Positions 39,633 through 50,631 of a stretch of DNA of 64,000 bases are shown piece by piece. The notes beneath the pieces are model-generated. The model made no database searches and had not been told where the DNA came from. It saw only the letters and a program-made list of their open reading frames with translations. The DNA lies in IMG/VR virus record IMGVR_UViG_3300035498_000745, positions 1 through 64,000 of that record. One strand, written 5' to 3'. Every line of letters starts with the position of its first letter. Position 1 is the stretch's first letter. The position numbers were made by a program, and so were the translations under genes. The stretch is from a virus (Duplodnaviria > Caudoviricetes).

Positions 39633-42600
39633 ATGGCTTATGGTAATGTAATAACACCATCATATGTAGTTAATTATCATCAAGGTCAAATGGTACAGCA
39701 AAGAGCAGCTCCCAAACAAAGACCTCAGCCACAACCTATAAGGACTGTATATAGTCAAAAGACAACTAAGAACAAAAGCTTCTTAGATATGCATCATTAT
39801 CTTAAATCCATTGGTGTAAATAATAATGAATTTATGCTTGCCTTATTAGATCCTGACTTAGATGGAATTGACCCTTATGATCCAAATTTAAATGCCTATT
39901 ACAAACAGAAAATATTAAGAGAATGCATATGCAATTATTGGTATTTCCTCAGAGAGATAGTCAAATTACCATCATCAGGTGCTAAACCTATGCGTTTTAA
40001 ACTAGATCGTGGTAATTTAGCTTATAATTTTTGTGCATCTCTTAATATGAATATATTTCTTGAAGAGCCTCGGCTAATAAAATAACCCATCTTATATAGA
40101 AATATATAGGATGAATCTCTTTTAATTTGCTGGGAAGTGCTAAAGCCATTTAGCCTATTAATAGGAGACGAAAGTCAGAAATAAGTAAATGGATGAGCTA
40201 TGCTGAGAAAAAGCTAATTTATAATTGGTGCTAAGGCTTGATAACAATGTGCAATCAGCGTCTAAGATTTATTAATTATACTATATAATTTTAATCTTGA
40301 TAAAGATTATCTTCAACAAGATCTTTATATTGGAGATAGAGTATATTCAAAAGAAACATGTGTTTGGTTAGATAGATCTACAAATGGTAAACTTGCAACA
40401 AAAACATTTAATGATGAATTAGATTATGTAGATAAATCTGGGAATTTAAAGAAAGTGACTATGGTTAGTATAATTAATAAATAAAGTTCAACGACTATCC
40501 CTCGGATGCGGCTCTTAAAATAATGCATCAATAGGAGTAGGGCTCAAGTGAGCGGGTGAGATCCCCTTAAATCGAAATGGAGAGTTACCTTAAATGGTAA
40601 AGATATAGTCTCGACACTTGGAGAAAGACCAAGGAAGTTCATAAGAGAACTGCATAGATTAACGACCTATGTGAAGACACCGAGAGAGGTAAGACAACAT
40701 CTGTTGCTATAAGGCATTTATATTTATATAATTTTGGTACTACTAATTCTAAAATGGCTTTCCTCCATAAGAATATGGATGGTTCTAAGGATAACTTAGC
40801 AACAATGAAAACTATTAGAGATTTATTACCTCAATATTTGGTTCTTAAAGAAAGGATTACACCAGATGGCAAAGTAGATAAAGGTAAAGATAATACTACA
40901 GAAATTGTAAATCCATTTAACAATAACCATATTAAAGCATTTGCTTCTGCTACAAATAAAGCAAAAGCAGCATCATTATTACGTGGTAAAGATTTGCCCT
41001 ATACTATGGTGACATAGTGTAGAATGGCTATTAACGCTGGGAAGTGCTAAGGCTCTCTTGCCTATTATATAGGAGACGAAAGTCAGAAATAAATAGAGAG
41101 ATGGGCTATGCTGAAATAAAAGCCAATTATTTATAATTGGTGCTAAGGTCTATTAACAATGTGTAATCAGCATCTAATCTTAATATATTTAACCAAATAC
41201 AAGTAATTAAATATTTTTTATAATAAAGGAGGATATTTAATATGGTGGTAGAAGTAGGGGGAATTTATAAATCTAAAAAATGTGGAGAATATGAAATTTT
41301 ATGTAGAAACGATCAAGAATCATATAACAAATTTAGAACATGCTATGATATAAAATTCTTAAAGACTAAATATGTTACTACAGTAAGAGTCGATCAAATA
41401 AATACTGGCAGTATTAAGGATCCATATTTTCCATCAGTATGTGGAATTGGTTATTTGGGTGAGCCTAAAAATGAGTATAGAGATCCATATATTTATAATA
41501 GATGGAATAATATGATAAATAACTGTTATAATGATAAATATCGTAATTATAGTTTACATGGAGCTTTAGGAATTACAGTATGCAAAAGATGGCATTGTTA
41601 TGCTAATTTTGCAGAAGATATAGAATCATTACCTGGGTATGATGATATGATAAATAATCCTAAAAAAAGATATAGACTAGTAATAGTACAACAAAATACT
41701 CCTGAAAATCAAAAAATATATTCTCCAGAAACATGTATTCTTATTAATCAATAATGCTTGGTTAAAAATATTTGATTAGTTCAACGACTATCCCCATATG
41801 GGCTGTGAAATTCAGCAACAGGAGTAGGGCTCAAGTGAGTAGGTGAGAACCCTTTAAATCAAAAAATAGCCTACCTCTTATATAAGAGGTAAAGATATAG
41901 TCTCAACTCTTAGAGAAATACTAAGGAAGTTCATAAGAGAACTGCGGGAATTAACGACTCTCGTGAAGACAATTGAAATCATTGACTTTGATGTGGTTTG
42001 ATGAGTATGGATTCCTACCATATAATGATATTATCTACATGAATGGTGCTCCTGCATATAAAACAGCATCTTCAATAGCTAAAGCAAATGGAGCTCCTTA
42101 TGGTATAACTATAACAACGACTCCGGGCTTCCTCAGCACAGATGAAGGTAAGGAGGCATATGCCATGAAAGAGAGTGCTACTAAATTCTCTGAAACATGG
42201 TATGATAAATCATATACTGAATTAATGGATATTATTAACGCTAATACTAAATCAGATTATGTATATATTAGATATACATATCAGCAGCTTGGATGTTCAG
42301 AAGAATGGTTTAGAGATGTATGTAGATTACTTAAGAACTCATGGCCTGATATTAGACGTGAGATCTTATTAGAGTGGGCTACAGGTGTTGAAAATTCTCC
42401 ATTTAAAGAAGAAGACCTAGATACTATAGCAGGCTTAATAAGACAACCTATATCAGAGGTATACTTGTTAGGCAAATACAGATTTGAAACTTATCTTCAA
42501 GCAGATACTAGAACTTATCCTGCAATTATAGGTGTCGATGTTGCAGGTGGTTATAAGCAGGATAGTTCTACCATAACAGTTGTAGATTCACAAACAACTA

Positions 42601-43577
42601 AAACTTTAGGTTGTATGAATTGTAACTATATTTCAACTTTGGATTTAGCACGATGCATTGAATTCATTGTAAAGAATTGGATGCCAAATGCTGTAGTTTC
42701 TGTTGAACGCAATGGTGGATTTGGTTCTACAGTAATATCTAAGTTGAAGAAGATGGGATTAACAAAGAATCTGTATTATGAAATTAAAGAGAAGACAGTA
42801 GAAGAAAGACAGGATGGAGTTCATGCTTATAAGCAAAAGATAAGAGTGAAAGAATATGGTCTTAATTCTACAATGCAAGTTAGAAAACTTCTTATTGATA
42901 TCTTAATAGAACGAGTGGAAAATCATAAAGATAAGATTATTTCACCAATCATATATAATGAGTTATTAGGAATGGAAATTAAGAGAAACGGTAAAGTAGA
43001 ACATTCAGCGTCTACACATGATGATCAGATATTCTCTATGCTTATGGCTCTTTATGTATGGTATGAAGGAACCAATCTTGCAGAACGTTATGGAATTCGT
43101 AAAGCTTCAATTAAAACAGATGATGATATTGATGAACAATACGATTATTATAATGATGATACTGTAGAGATTGTAGATTCTTTCAATGTAGAATCTGAAT
43201 TAAATACAGAAATTGAAAGAGATCTTGATGCTGCTATAAGAGCAGGTGGAACACCAATGCAAGAATTCTTAGATAAACGTAGGGAAGAAGAGAAAGCTCA
43301 ATATGAAGCTCTTATTAATACTCCTCTTGGAGAAAGAGCTTATAGACAGAAATATAGTATTCCTCCTAACGTACCGATCTCTAATTATATTGGGGATCAA
43401 AGTTCATTTAATGTACCAGACTCAATATTCTTAGGATTCTATGATAATACTCCTGGTAATTTAAGTGATTATTACGATGAAGATAAACCACTTGCTAGAG
43501 TGGGTGCTGTTCCTGAAGCTCAACGAGGACAGTTAGAAGGAGAAGATTATAGATATTACAATCATTTTAATTTCTAA
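39633..43577 (+). CDS. terL: Terminase large subunit (three exons, ~782 aa)
   Basis: Exons 39633-40074, 40683-40987, 41976-43577 give Walker A PRQRGKT, LRG-KSLTLMWFDE Walker B, TTTPG, GVDVAGG..QDSS and HDD nuclease motifs. Confidence 0.92.
40075..40682 (+). mobile_element. Group I intron 4 (endonuclease remnant; apparent C.A 5' splice pair)
   Basis: Same core and 3' end (GAAGACACCG) as sibling introns; these boundaries restore PRQRGKT. Confidence 0.85.
40296..40484 (+). pseudogene. C-terminal remnant of homing endonuclease
   Basis: LDKDYLQQDLYIGDRVYSKETC aligns with LDKDYKQQGIPYNKKIYSLKTC of 36844-37842; no start codon or RBS. Confidence 0.8.
40988..41975 (+). mobile_element. Group I intron 5 carrying endonuclease-like ORF
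   Basis: P1 GGU|AAA..UUUGCC with U.G, conserved core, terminal GAAGACAATTG. Confidence 0.9.
41242..41754 (+). CDS. Intron-encoded endonuclease-family protein, possibly degenerate
   Basis: Homologous to 36844-37842 (WNNMINNCY, GITVCKRW, YSPETC) but lacks LDKD and the C-terminal domain. Confidence 0.7.
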   Translation: MVVEVGGIYKSKKCGEYEILCRNDQESYNKFRTCYDIKFLKTKYVTTVRVDQINTGSIKDPYFPSVCGIGYLGEPKNEYRDPYIYNRWNNMINNCYNDKYRNYSLHGALGITVCKRWHCYANFAEDIESLPGYDDMINNPKKRYRLVIVQQNTPENQKIYSPETCILINQ

Positions 43578-43673
43578 TATATAGGAGAGGTTTTATACCT
43601 CTCCTAATATTTTTATTTTTATTTATAATTAGACAACTGTGTAAAAATTTATATAGAAAGAGAGGATAAGAAA

Positions 43674-44462
43674 ATGTCTGATAATATGCAGCCTTATCTC
43701 ATTAGTAATGAATACGATATTTCAGAAATATTGGCTCATTTTGATTCTAATTATATATTTTCAGTTATCAACGATAAGCTTGAAAATATAAGTTATTCTT
43801 CATCATTACCAGAACCTAATATTGTACAAGCATTTGAAGAAAATTTCAAAATGATGAATGAAAGATATCCTGGAGATAGCCAAAATATAAGAAATATTAG
43901 AGAGCAAGTTTATAGAGAAATTATTAAAATATTAACAGAAAGATTTAATTTAGGATTTAATACAGTAGATGAAAATATTGATATCTTCGTTGCTGCTTCA
44001 TATTTATATGAGTTTCTGGTTAGTAGGCGTAATGAAATTATAACCAATTTCTTTACTGCATTTATTGTAAATAATAAGGATTCTTTATATAATCATCTTG
44101 TTGCTGATGGTTTAAAGAAGGGCAGAGATAGTTCTTATAATTATGGTAAAGTAGTTTATGATGATCAGAAATTTGCAATTATAAGTGCAAATATGGTTAA
44201 AGTAATTAATTATATATCTGAGATGGATGTAACTCTACTTAATATATTCCAAAGTACATACATCGATCAGAATGTAGTTATGTTCTTGGATAATGCCTTT
44301 GCTGATAGAGGTAATTTCTTTAGAGATTTTTATTGTTCAATTGCAAGAAATCCAGAGATTGCTCCTATAATGATTACTAATATTAAATTATCATTACAAC
44401 GTTTAGTTGGTAATCCATCAAATGCAGATATCATGTCTTTATTGTCAGCAAATGAAGAATAA
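43674..44462 (+). CDS. Hypothetical late protein
   Basis: 262 aa, RBS, GACA-N6-TA upstream. Confidence 0.65.
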   Translation: MSDNMQPYLISNEYDISEILAHFDSNYIFSVINDKLENISYSSSLPEPNIVQAFEENFKMMNERYPGDSQNIRNIREQVYREIIKILTERFNLGFNTVDENIDIFVAASYLYEFLVSRRNEIITNFFTAFIVNNKDSLYNHLVADGLKKGRDSSYNYGKVVYDDQKFAIISANMVKVINYISEMDVTLLNIFQSTYIDQNVVMFLDNAFADRGNFFRDFYCSIARNPEIAPIMITNIKLSLQRLVGNPSNADIMSLLSANEE

Positions 44463-44473
44463 AAATAAATTGT

Positions 44474-45541
44474 ATGGAGGATTTTATTATGTCATTAGAA
44501 AACGAAAATGTAAATGAAAACACCATTACAGAAGAGCAGGTTCATGAAGTTTATACTAAACTTGAAGAAGAAAATACAGATGCTGAAAAATTGGCTAAAG
44601 CTGAAGAAGAAACAGAAGAAAATGAATATTCTGAAATCGAAGAGATTGATAATTATGTGAATCTTGGCGGTGCAAGTGTAGAAGATGTTGATGAGGGCGA
44701 TGAGGATTATATTGAGGCATTTTCTCCATATAATCTTAGTGATGATGATGCTAAGAAGTTTATTGAAGTCATTGCAGATTATAAGATTGGTAGAAACAAG
44801 AATAATGTATACAATAGACTTCCTGACAAAATTAAAGATATTGCTGATGGATTTGCTAACTCTCCAGATTCTCATGGAATAAAAGTATCTAAAGAATGGG
44901 CAGCCGAATATGTAGTAAAGAGTTTCATTAATGATGCTAAGGTTAATAAAGCTGTAGATACATTTAATGATGAACTTAATAATACTATGGCTGATATAAA
45001 TAAACAGTATGATCTTATTTTCAATGAATCAATTGAAAACGTTTTCTCTAAAATTGATGAGATTAGAGCAGAAGATCCTGTTAAGGCTGATAGAGTGGAA
45101 GCTGTTAAAGCAGCGTTTGATGATGCATCTACATTCCAGCGTCAGTTAGACTACTTAGATCATATCGGTGCTAAAAAACTAAACAAACTTCATGGTGGTA
45201 AGAGGATTATTAGTGACGCATTCTACTTTAACACTAAAGTAAATGTTACTGAAATTAGAGTGCCAGATATTGGCGAATTACCGGCAATTATTAAAATGGA
45301 ATTACCAGATTATGATATTGATGATATAAATAAATTTGTATCTATCATTGTTAAAACTACAGCAACTTTACCACTTGAAGGTCCTGATAATATTGGTAAT
45401 ATCGCTTATGTATATAAAGTAGTTTCTAATATTTATAATTATAAATATTGGGATTCTGAGATTGATGTAGCCTCTGAAACTCATGATACTATTTTCGGTA
45501 ACATTACTAAAGTATTAGATAAAATTAAGAATATATCGTAA
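44474..45541 (+). CDS. Hypothetical acidic protein (likely start 44489)
   Basis: GGAGG before MSLENE. Confidence 0.65.
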   Translation: MEDFIMSLENENVNENTITEEQVHEVYTKLEEENTDAEKLAKAEEETEENEYSEIEEIDNYVNLGGASVEDVDEGDEDYIEAFSPYNLSDDDAKKFIEVIADYKIGRNKNNVYNRLPDKIKDIADGFANSPDSHGIKVSKEWAAEYVVKSFINDAKVNKAVDTFNDELNNTMADINKQYDLIFNESIENVFSKIDEIRAEDPVKADRVEAVKAAFDDASTFQRQLDYLDHIGAKKLNKLHGGKRIISDAFYFNTKVNVTEIRVPDIGELPAIIKMELPDYDIDDINKFVSIIVKTTATLPLEGPDNIGNIAYVYKVVSNIYNYKYWDSEIDVASETHDTIFGNITKVLDKIKNIS

Positions 45542-45556
45542 GGAGGTAATGTTACC

Positions 45557-46306
45557 ATGGAAGGTCCATATATTCCAAGAAAAGCTTATATGTATGGGAA
45601 CACTTTTTTCGATGAAGAAGTTCCAAAGTATAATTCCACAAAGCATCATAAACTTCCTAGAGTAAGAGGATTAGAAGCTCATAAAGTATTTGATGATGGA
45701 ACAGCTTATAAATTTGATACTGTTGATGAGGATGGTTCAATTATTAGAGGTAAAGTTCCTAGCATTGTAAATATAGAAACAATGATGGTTAAAACTTTAA
45801 GAGTATACTTATATGGAGTTACAGAATTAGATGATCAAATGTTTACTCTTGAAGTTGGAAAGAGGTATGCTATTACTTACTTATCTGAACAGGGTTGTAG
45901 AGTAGCAGATGGATATTTAAGATACCTTGATACTAGCATTCCTGAAGATTGTACTAAGTATATTGGAGATTACTCTAGCACAGCAGCTCAAGCATTTATT
46001 GGTATGGATTGCTCTTCCAAAGGAGTTTCTGATAAGAGGAAAATCTATATTGCTTCTATACGTGGAATAGAAGTATTAGATGATGATGATGATTACACCG
46101 CACCAGCAGAAGATGATGATACAAAGAAATATACACTCTTAGATAGATTGGATAATATCATTGCCGAGCTTGAAAATGGAGAGGGATGTGATTATTGTGA
46201 TGAAGTATCTGAAAAGATTGACTTAATCAGTACTAAAGTAGATGAGCTTAAAGATAATAGAGATATTTACCTTGGCACTATTACTACTGGAGATACGACT
46301 GTATAA
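45557..46306 (+). CDS. Hypothetical protein
   Basis: 249 aa, AAGGAGG RBS, followed by terminator hairpin 46324-46348. Confidence 0.65.
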   Translation: MEGPYIPRKAYMYGNTFFDEEVPKYNSTKHHKLPRVRGLEAHKVFDDGTAYKFDTVDEDGSIIRGKVPSIVNIETMMVKTLRVYLYGVTELDDQMFTLEVGKRYAITYLSEQGCRVADGYLRYLDTSIPEDCTKYIGDYSSTAAQAFIGMDCSSKGVSDKRKIYIASIRGIEVLDDDDDYTAPAEDDDTKKYTLLDRLDNIIAELENGEGCDYCDEVSEKIDLISTKVDELKDNRDIYLGTITTGDTTV

Positions 46307-46397
46307 ATTATTATTATTAATTACCCCTAGGTTATAATGCCTAGGGGGAACTTTATGCTTTGAACTTTCTAATAATATAAAGAGAGGAGATGATTAT

Positions 46398-47147
46398 ATG
46401 TTTTATAAGACTGTAGGTGATAAAGTTGTAGTAGCAGAAGATGTTGAAGTTATATACTATGTGCCAGAAAAATATTTTGATACTAAAGTAGCTATTACCA
46501 TTGGTGAGCGTATAGATGTAATGGGCGTATTCATGTATGGATTATATAATAAGAGTGGTAAACAATTATCATTAAAACTATTTAATTGTCCTACAATGAT
46601 TACATGTAAACCTAGTGTTGTTACTAAGGAATCTAAGTTCCATCTTGAAGGGACCAGTGAACCATCAGCATACCGTTTATTACATTTTTCTAAGGGAGAT
46701 GAATTGATATGCTCTATTAATATTCCACAAGATGTAGATAATGTAGAGAAATTTACTAATCTACTTATGAGATCTAATTTACCGGAAACTATACCATATG
46801 ATAAACTTCATGAGATCATGTTAAAGAATGCAGAATTAAATGGATTCAATTATAAAATATCTCCACAGATTATTGGAATAGTGGTGTCTGAATTATGTAG
46901 AGATCCAAAAGATTTATCTCATCCATTTAGATTCTCTTCAATGGAAGATATGTGTGGATATAAAGCAATATCTATTCTTCAAATACCAAAATACACTTCA
47001 GCTTATACTGCTATTACATCAGAAAATGCTGATGAAGCTATAGCAGCAGCAATGACAGTTAAATCTAATACTGTATCGCCACTTGAGAAAATGATGATGG
47101 AATCAGTCGAAGATATAAAACACGACGATCCTGAAGAATATGAATAA
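46398..47147 (+). CDS. Possible extreme C-terminal piece of virion RNAP beta'
   Basis: QIIGIVVSELCRD..D...PF...ISI.Q....TS..TAI..E......SPLE parallels the end of 30003-32192. Confidence 0.45.
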   Translation: MFYKTVGDKVVVAEDVEVIYYVPEKYFDTKVAITIGERIDVMGVFMYGLYNKSGKQLSLKLFNCPTMITCKPSVVTKESKFHLEGTSEPSAYRLLHFSKGDELICSINIPQDVDNVEKFTNLLMRSNLPETIPYDKLHEIMLKNAELNGFNYKISPQIIGIVVSELCRDPKDLSHPFRFSSMEDMCGYKAISILQIPKYTSAYTAITSENADEAIAAAMTVKSNTVSPLEKMMMESVEDIKHDDPEEYE

Positions 47148-47164
47148 TAGGAGGTTGTAATATT

Positions 47165-47614
47165 ATGGGTCCATATGATGGTCATATCTATAAGCAAGCT
47201 ATGTCTCTCAAACAATTAAAAGAAAGATATAGTATAATAAAACCGTATGATTCTAAAGTAGCGTATCTTAAATATGAAAGAAAAATATATGAAAAGAAGA
47301 TGAAAGAAGCAAAAGAAAAACAAGCTAAATATTCTCACAGTGAATATAAAAATGATAAGATTAAAGATCTAAACCAAAGGCGAGCGTATTATTTTAGTAT
47401 AGCTATGCTTGGTAGTACTGGAGCAGCAGATGTAGCGCGCCTAGATACAATAGCTTTTACTAAGAAAGATTGGGATGATCGTATTATAAATCCAATGCAA
47501 GAATGCATAGATTGGATTGATAAAGAGCTTGATTCTTTAAATAAATCGGCTGCTAAAAATGAAGCATACGTGCGATCTGAGATTGATGAAATATTTGATT
47601 TTACCTTAAAATAG
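47165..47614 (+). CDS. Hypothetical protein
   Basis: 149 aa, AGGAGG RBS. Confidence 0.6.
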   Translation: MGPYDGHIYKQAMSLKQLKERYSIIKPYDSKVAYLKYERKIYEKKMKEAKEKQAKYSHSEYKNDKIKDLNQRRAYYFSIAMLGSTGAADVARLDTIAFTKKDWDDRIINPMQECIDWIDKELDSLNKSAAKNEAYVRSEIDEIFDFTLK

Positions 47615-47716
47615 CATGAGCGACCATATGGCTTTAATAAACATATGAGTAAAGCTTACCGCTTTAATTTATTTATAAATAAATTAATACAATACTATTT
47701 AAAGGAGGTAAAATAA

Positions 47717-49576
47717 ATGAAGGGATATCCTAAATTTAAAGCAGAGATCGTTGATCAGTCTCAAATTCAGGAAATCGATACTTCTACAGTGTCAGGCCCT
47801 ATTACAGTCATCATGCAGACATATACATCTGATAAAGGAACTGAAAAATGGGAAGTAATGAGTGGCTTTGATGGATTCACAGACATTAAAGGTGCCATTA
47901 GCTTTTCTAGGCATGGACAGTCATTACTTACAGTTGCAGAAATTCTCAGAGCTGGTGGTGTAGTTTTCGGTAAGCGTCTTGTATCAGAAGATGCTGCTTT
48001 GGCTAATATTACTGTTAGAGCTAGATTGATTAAAATTGATGGTGCTACATACGTATATTATTATACAACATCATCTGAGGATGTAAAAAATTTTAAAACT
48101 GCATATACAGATGGATATAATGACTTTGATGCAGATAATGCTGTTGCCGATGACGGCAGCGTTGATGTTCCTCTTTTTACAGTATCACCTATGGGAAGAG
48201 GAGCAAGTAATTTATTTGTAAGAATTAATCCTGAGTATTCAACTAACAGGAGTTTTGCAAATTATGCTAGATACTCTTTTGAGGTATACGAGTCTACTAC
48301 AGAGTTAGAGAGTATTTTATTCTCTATGAATCCGAATATTATTGTGGATGGAGTAGCTCAGGCTATGAATCCTAAGATTAAGGCTAATTCTGATCATGTT
48401 CAGGTAAGATTATTTGAGGATGGACTTAGTACTTTTATTAATACCCTTGCAGAAACAGCTACTGATACTAATGGAGATGCCATGTCTGTATCTGACCTGT
48501 TACTGTTAGATTTCGTATTTGGTACTGATCTTAAGGGTAAAAATAAAATTGGTAATATCTTTACTATTTCAGATTCAACAGATGATGGTAGTGATCTTTG
48601 GAGTGAAAATATTCCGTCAGATATTGCCGATGCTATTGTTGATCTTTCTGATGCAAATGGTATTAAACTTGTTAATGGCTCATATGGAGAAATGGGAACT
48701 AGCCCTATAAATAATCCTGATGAGTATGAGAAGATGTTACTTGCTGCATGGGGCGGAAATACAGATTCTATCATCTATGATCCGATGATCTATGATATGG
48801 ATGCATTTAAGGTTGATGCTACATTTGACTGTGCATATCCGTTATCTGTTAAGAAGCAGATTCTTAATGTTGCTGATTGGAGAGGAGATTTTATGTTCTT
48901 CTCTGATCTTGGTATGGAATTTGAGGATGTTGATAGCATGATCAATTATGCTGAAGGAATTCCTAATTCAAGATATATTGCTATGTATCATAACTTCTTT
49001 AATGTATATGATCCATATACAAAGAAGGAGATTACTGTTACAATGCCGTACCTGTTAGCTATTAAGATGGTTGATCATATTGCATCTGGAGTTATTAGAC
49101 CATTCGCTGGTTATGCAAATAAGATGACCTTCCCAGAGATCATTGATGATACAATTAACTTCCTTCCGTATGATACTCCTGGAATTAATCAGAAGCAGAT
49201 GTTGGTTGATGCTAATATTAATTACATTAATTACTATGATGGTGTTCCAACAATGGATACCATGTATACTAATAATGCAGAGCATTCTCAGCTTAGCTAT
49301 ATTAGTCAGGTAATGGGAGTACAGGAAATCATTAAGAGACTTCGTAGTGAGATGCCAAAATCAAGATTTACATTTATTGATGGTGACGATCTTGAAGAGT
49401 ATCTTGATACAGCTAAGTCTATCATTAATGAGTATTCATCATATTACAAGAGTCTTGATGTTGTATATATGGCTGATGAAAAGTATGAAGCTAACAAGAT
49501 CTTTTATGCTACATTAACAGTTCAGTTTAAAGACTTCTTCCAGGAGGAGTACTTTAAGATTGTTGCTATTAATTAA
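47717..49576 (+). CDS. Contractile tail sheath protein
   Basis: 619 aa, late promoter 47640-47651, sheath-like C-terminus (PFAG, INYI, SQLSYI), followed by tube-sized gene. Confidence 0.8.
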   Translation: MKGYPKFKAEIVDQSQIQEIDTSTVSGPITVIMQTYTSDKGTEKWEVMSGFDGFTDIKGAISFSRHGQSLLTVAEILRAGGVVFGKRLVSEDAALANITVRARLIKIDGATYVYYYTTSSEDVKNFKTAYTDGYNDFDADNAVADDGSVDVPLFTVSPMGRGASNLFVRINPEYSTNRSFANYARYSFEVYESTTELESILFSMNPNIIVDGVAQAMNPKIKANSDHVQVRLFEDGLSTFINTLAETATDTNGDAMSVSDLLLLDFVFGTDLKGKNKIGNIFTISDSTDDGSDLWSENIPSDIADAIVDLSDANGIKLVNGSYGEMGTSPINNPDEYEKMLLAAWGGNTDSIIYDPMIYDMDAFKVDATFDCAYPLSVKKQILNVADWRGDFMFFSDLGMEFEDVDSMINYAEGIPNSRYIAMYHNFFNVYDPYTKKEITVTMPYLLAIKMVDHIASGVIRPFAGYANKMTFPEIIDDTINFLPYDTPGINQKQMLVDANINYINYYDGVPTMDTMYTNNAEHSQLSYISQVMGVQEIIKRLRSEMPKSRFTFIDGDDLEEYLDTAKSIINEYSSYYKSLDVVYMADEKYEANKIFYATLTVQFKDFFQEEYFKIVAIN

Positions 49577-49595
49577 GGAAAGGAGGGCATAAATT

Positions 49596-50552
49596 ATGAT
49601 TTTAGCAGGTGAAAATAATTTTACAACTAAAAAGGATGTTGGGGCAGAGACAGATCCTAATAAGCAGATAATCAACATGTTTGCTAATACTAAAGATTTT
49701 AAAGATATATCTAGTTATCGTCTTATGCGTGGTGTTCCTGATTTTGGCTCTCTTGTACAGTTCAATCCTTATGAAACTGGATATGCAGCTTTCATTATCT
49801 GTCAGATGCCTAAATTCATTCAGGAATTAGCAAAGTATAATTCTGATTATTATAAATTAATGGTAAACTGGGCCCACATTGTTGAGTACGAGTTTAAATC
49901 ATTTGATGGCCTTCAGGATTTGAGTGCAGATACCTACCAGTTAGGTGATGATATGAATAACATCAACGTAATTAGCAAGGTAAATATGCAGAGTGCATCA
50001 GAGTTCTCATTAGTATATGAGGAAAAGTCTGGTTCTCCGCTTACCAAGTTTGCTAAGTTATATCTTACTGGTATCAAGGATCCACGTACACAGGTTAAAA
50101 CTTATCATGGATTAATCCATTCTAATAAGATGAATCCTGGATTTGAAAATGAGGTATTTACATTCTTATATATCAATACTGATAATACCATGAGGTATGT
50201 AGAGGCTGCATATTTGCTGATTGCTTGCCAGCTTAATAGTGCAGATACAGATATGTATAACTTTACTAAGGGCGATATTGGAAAGCGTGATACAACTGTC
50301 AAATTCAGTGGCTATCCAATTCAGTCTCCGAAGATTGATGCAGCAGCTCAGGATATGCTTACATATCTGCTTAGCTCTGATGCCAAGGCTCGCCAGATTA
50401 TTATCAATAGTAACAACTATGATTATAGTGGAACTGAGGTTATTGGAAAGACTCTTGCTAAGTACGGAGCTGGAAATTCTTATGCATCTGTAAAAGAAGC
50501 TAATAGTAGTGGAACTACTTACACAGCTTCAGACTTTTATGTAGAGTCATAG
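49596..50552 (+). CDS. Tail tube protein
   Basis: Directly after sheath; EKSGSP...YLTGIKDP pattern; high-expression codon bias. Confidence 0.7.
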   Translation: MILAGENNFTTKKDVGAETDPNKQIINMFANTKDFKDISSYRLMRGVPDFGSLVQFNPYETGYAAFIICQMPKFIQELAKYNSDYYKLMVNWAHIVEYEFKSFDGLQDLSADTYQLGDDMNNINVISKVNMQSASEFSLVYEEKSGSPLTKFAKLYLTGIKDPRTQVKTYHGLIHSNKMNPGFENEVFTFLYINTDNTMRYVEAAYLLIACQLNSADTDMYNFTKGDIGKRDTTVKFSGYPIQSPKIDAAAQDMLTYLLSSDAKARQIIINSNNYDYSGTEVIGKTLAKYGAGNSYASVKEANSSGTTYTASDFYVES

Positions 50553-50595
50553 ATATGGCACCCCCTATTTTTAAATATATTTTACAATAGAAGAT

Positions 50596-50619
50596 CCAGG
50601 TACCTTAATTGGTACCTGG
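50596..50619. terminator. Bidirectional terminator
   Basis: CCAGGTACC-TTAATT-GGTACCTGG between convergent genes. Confidence 0.85.
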
Positions 50620-50631
50620 TATTCTACTGGT

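Noticed and set aside
44189-44210. MVKVIN in 43674-44462 as an instance of the peptide tag
   Set aside because: Internal, V instead of I at position 4, in a late gene; left out of the count and noted as a possible counter-example
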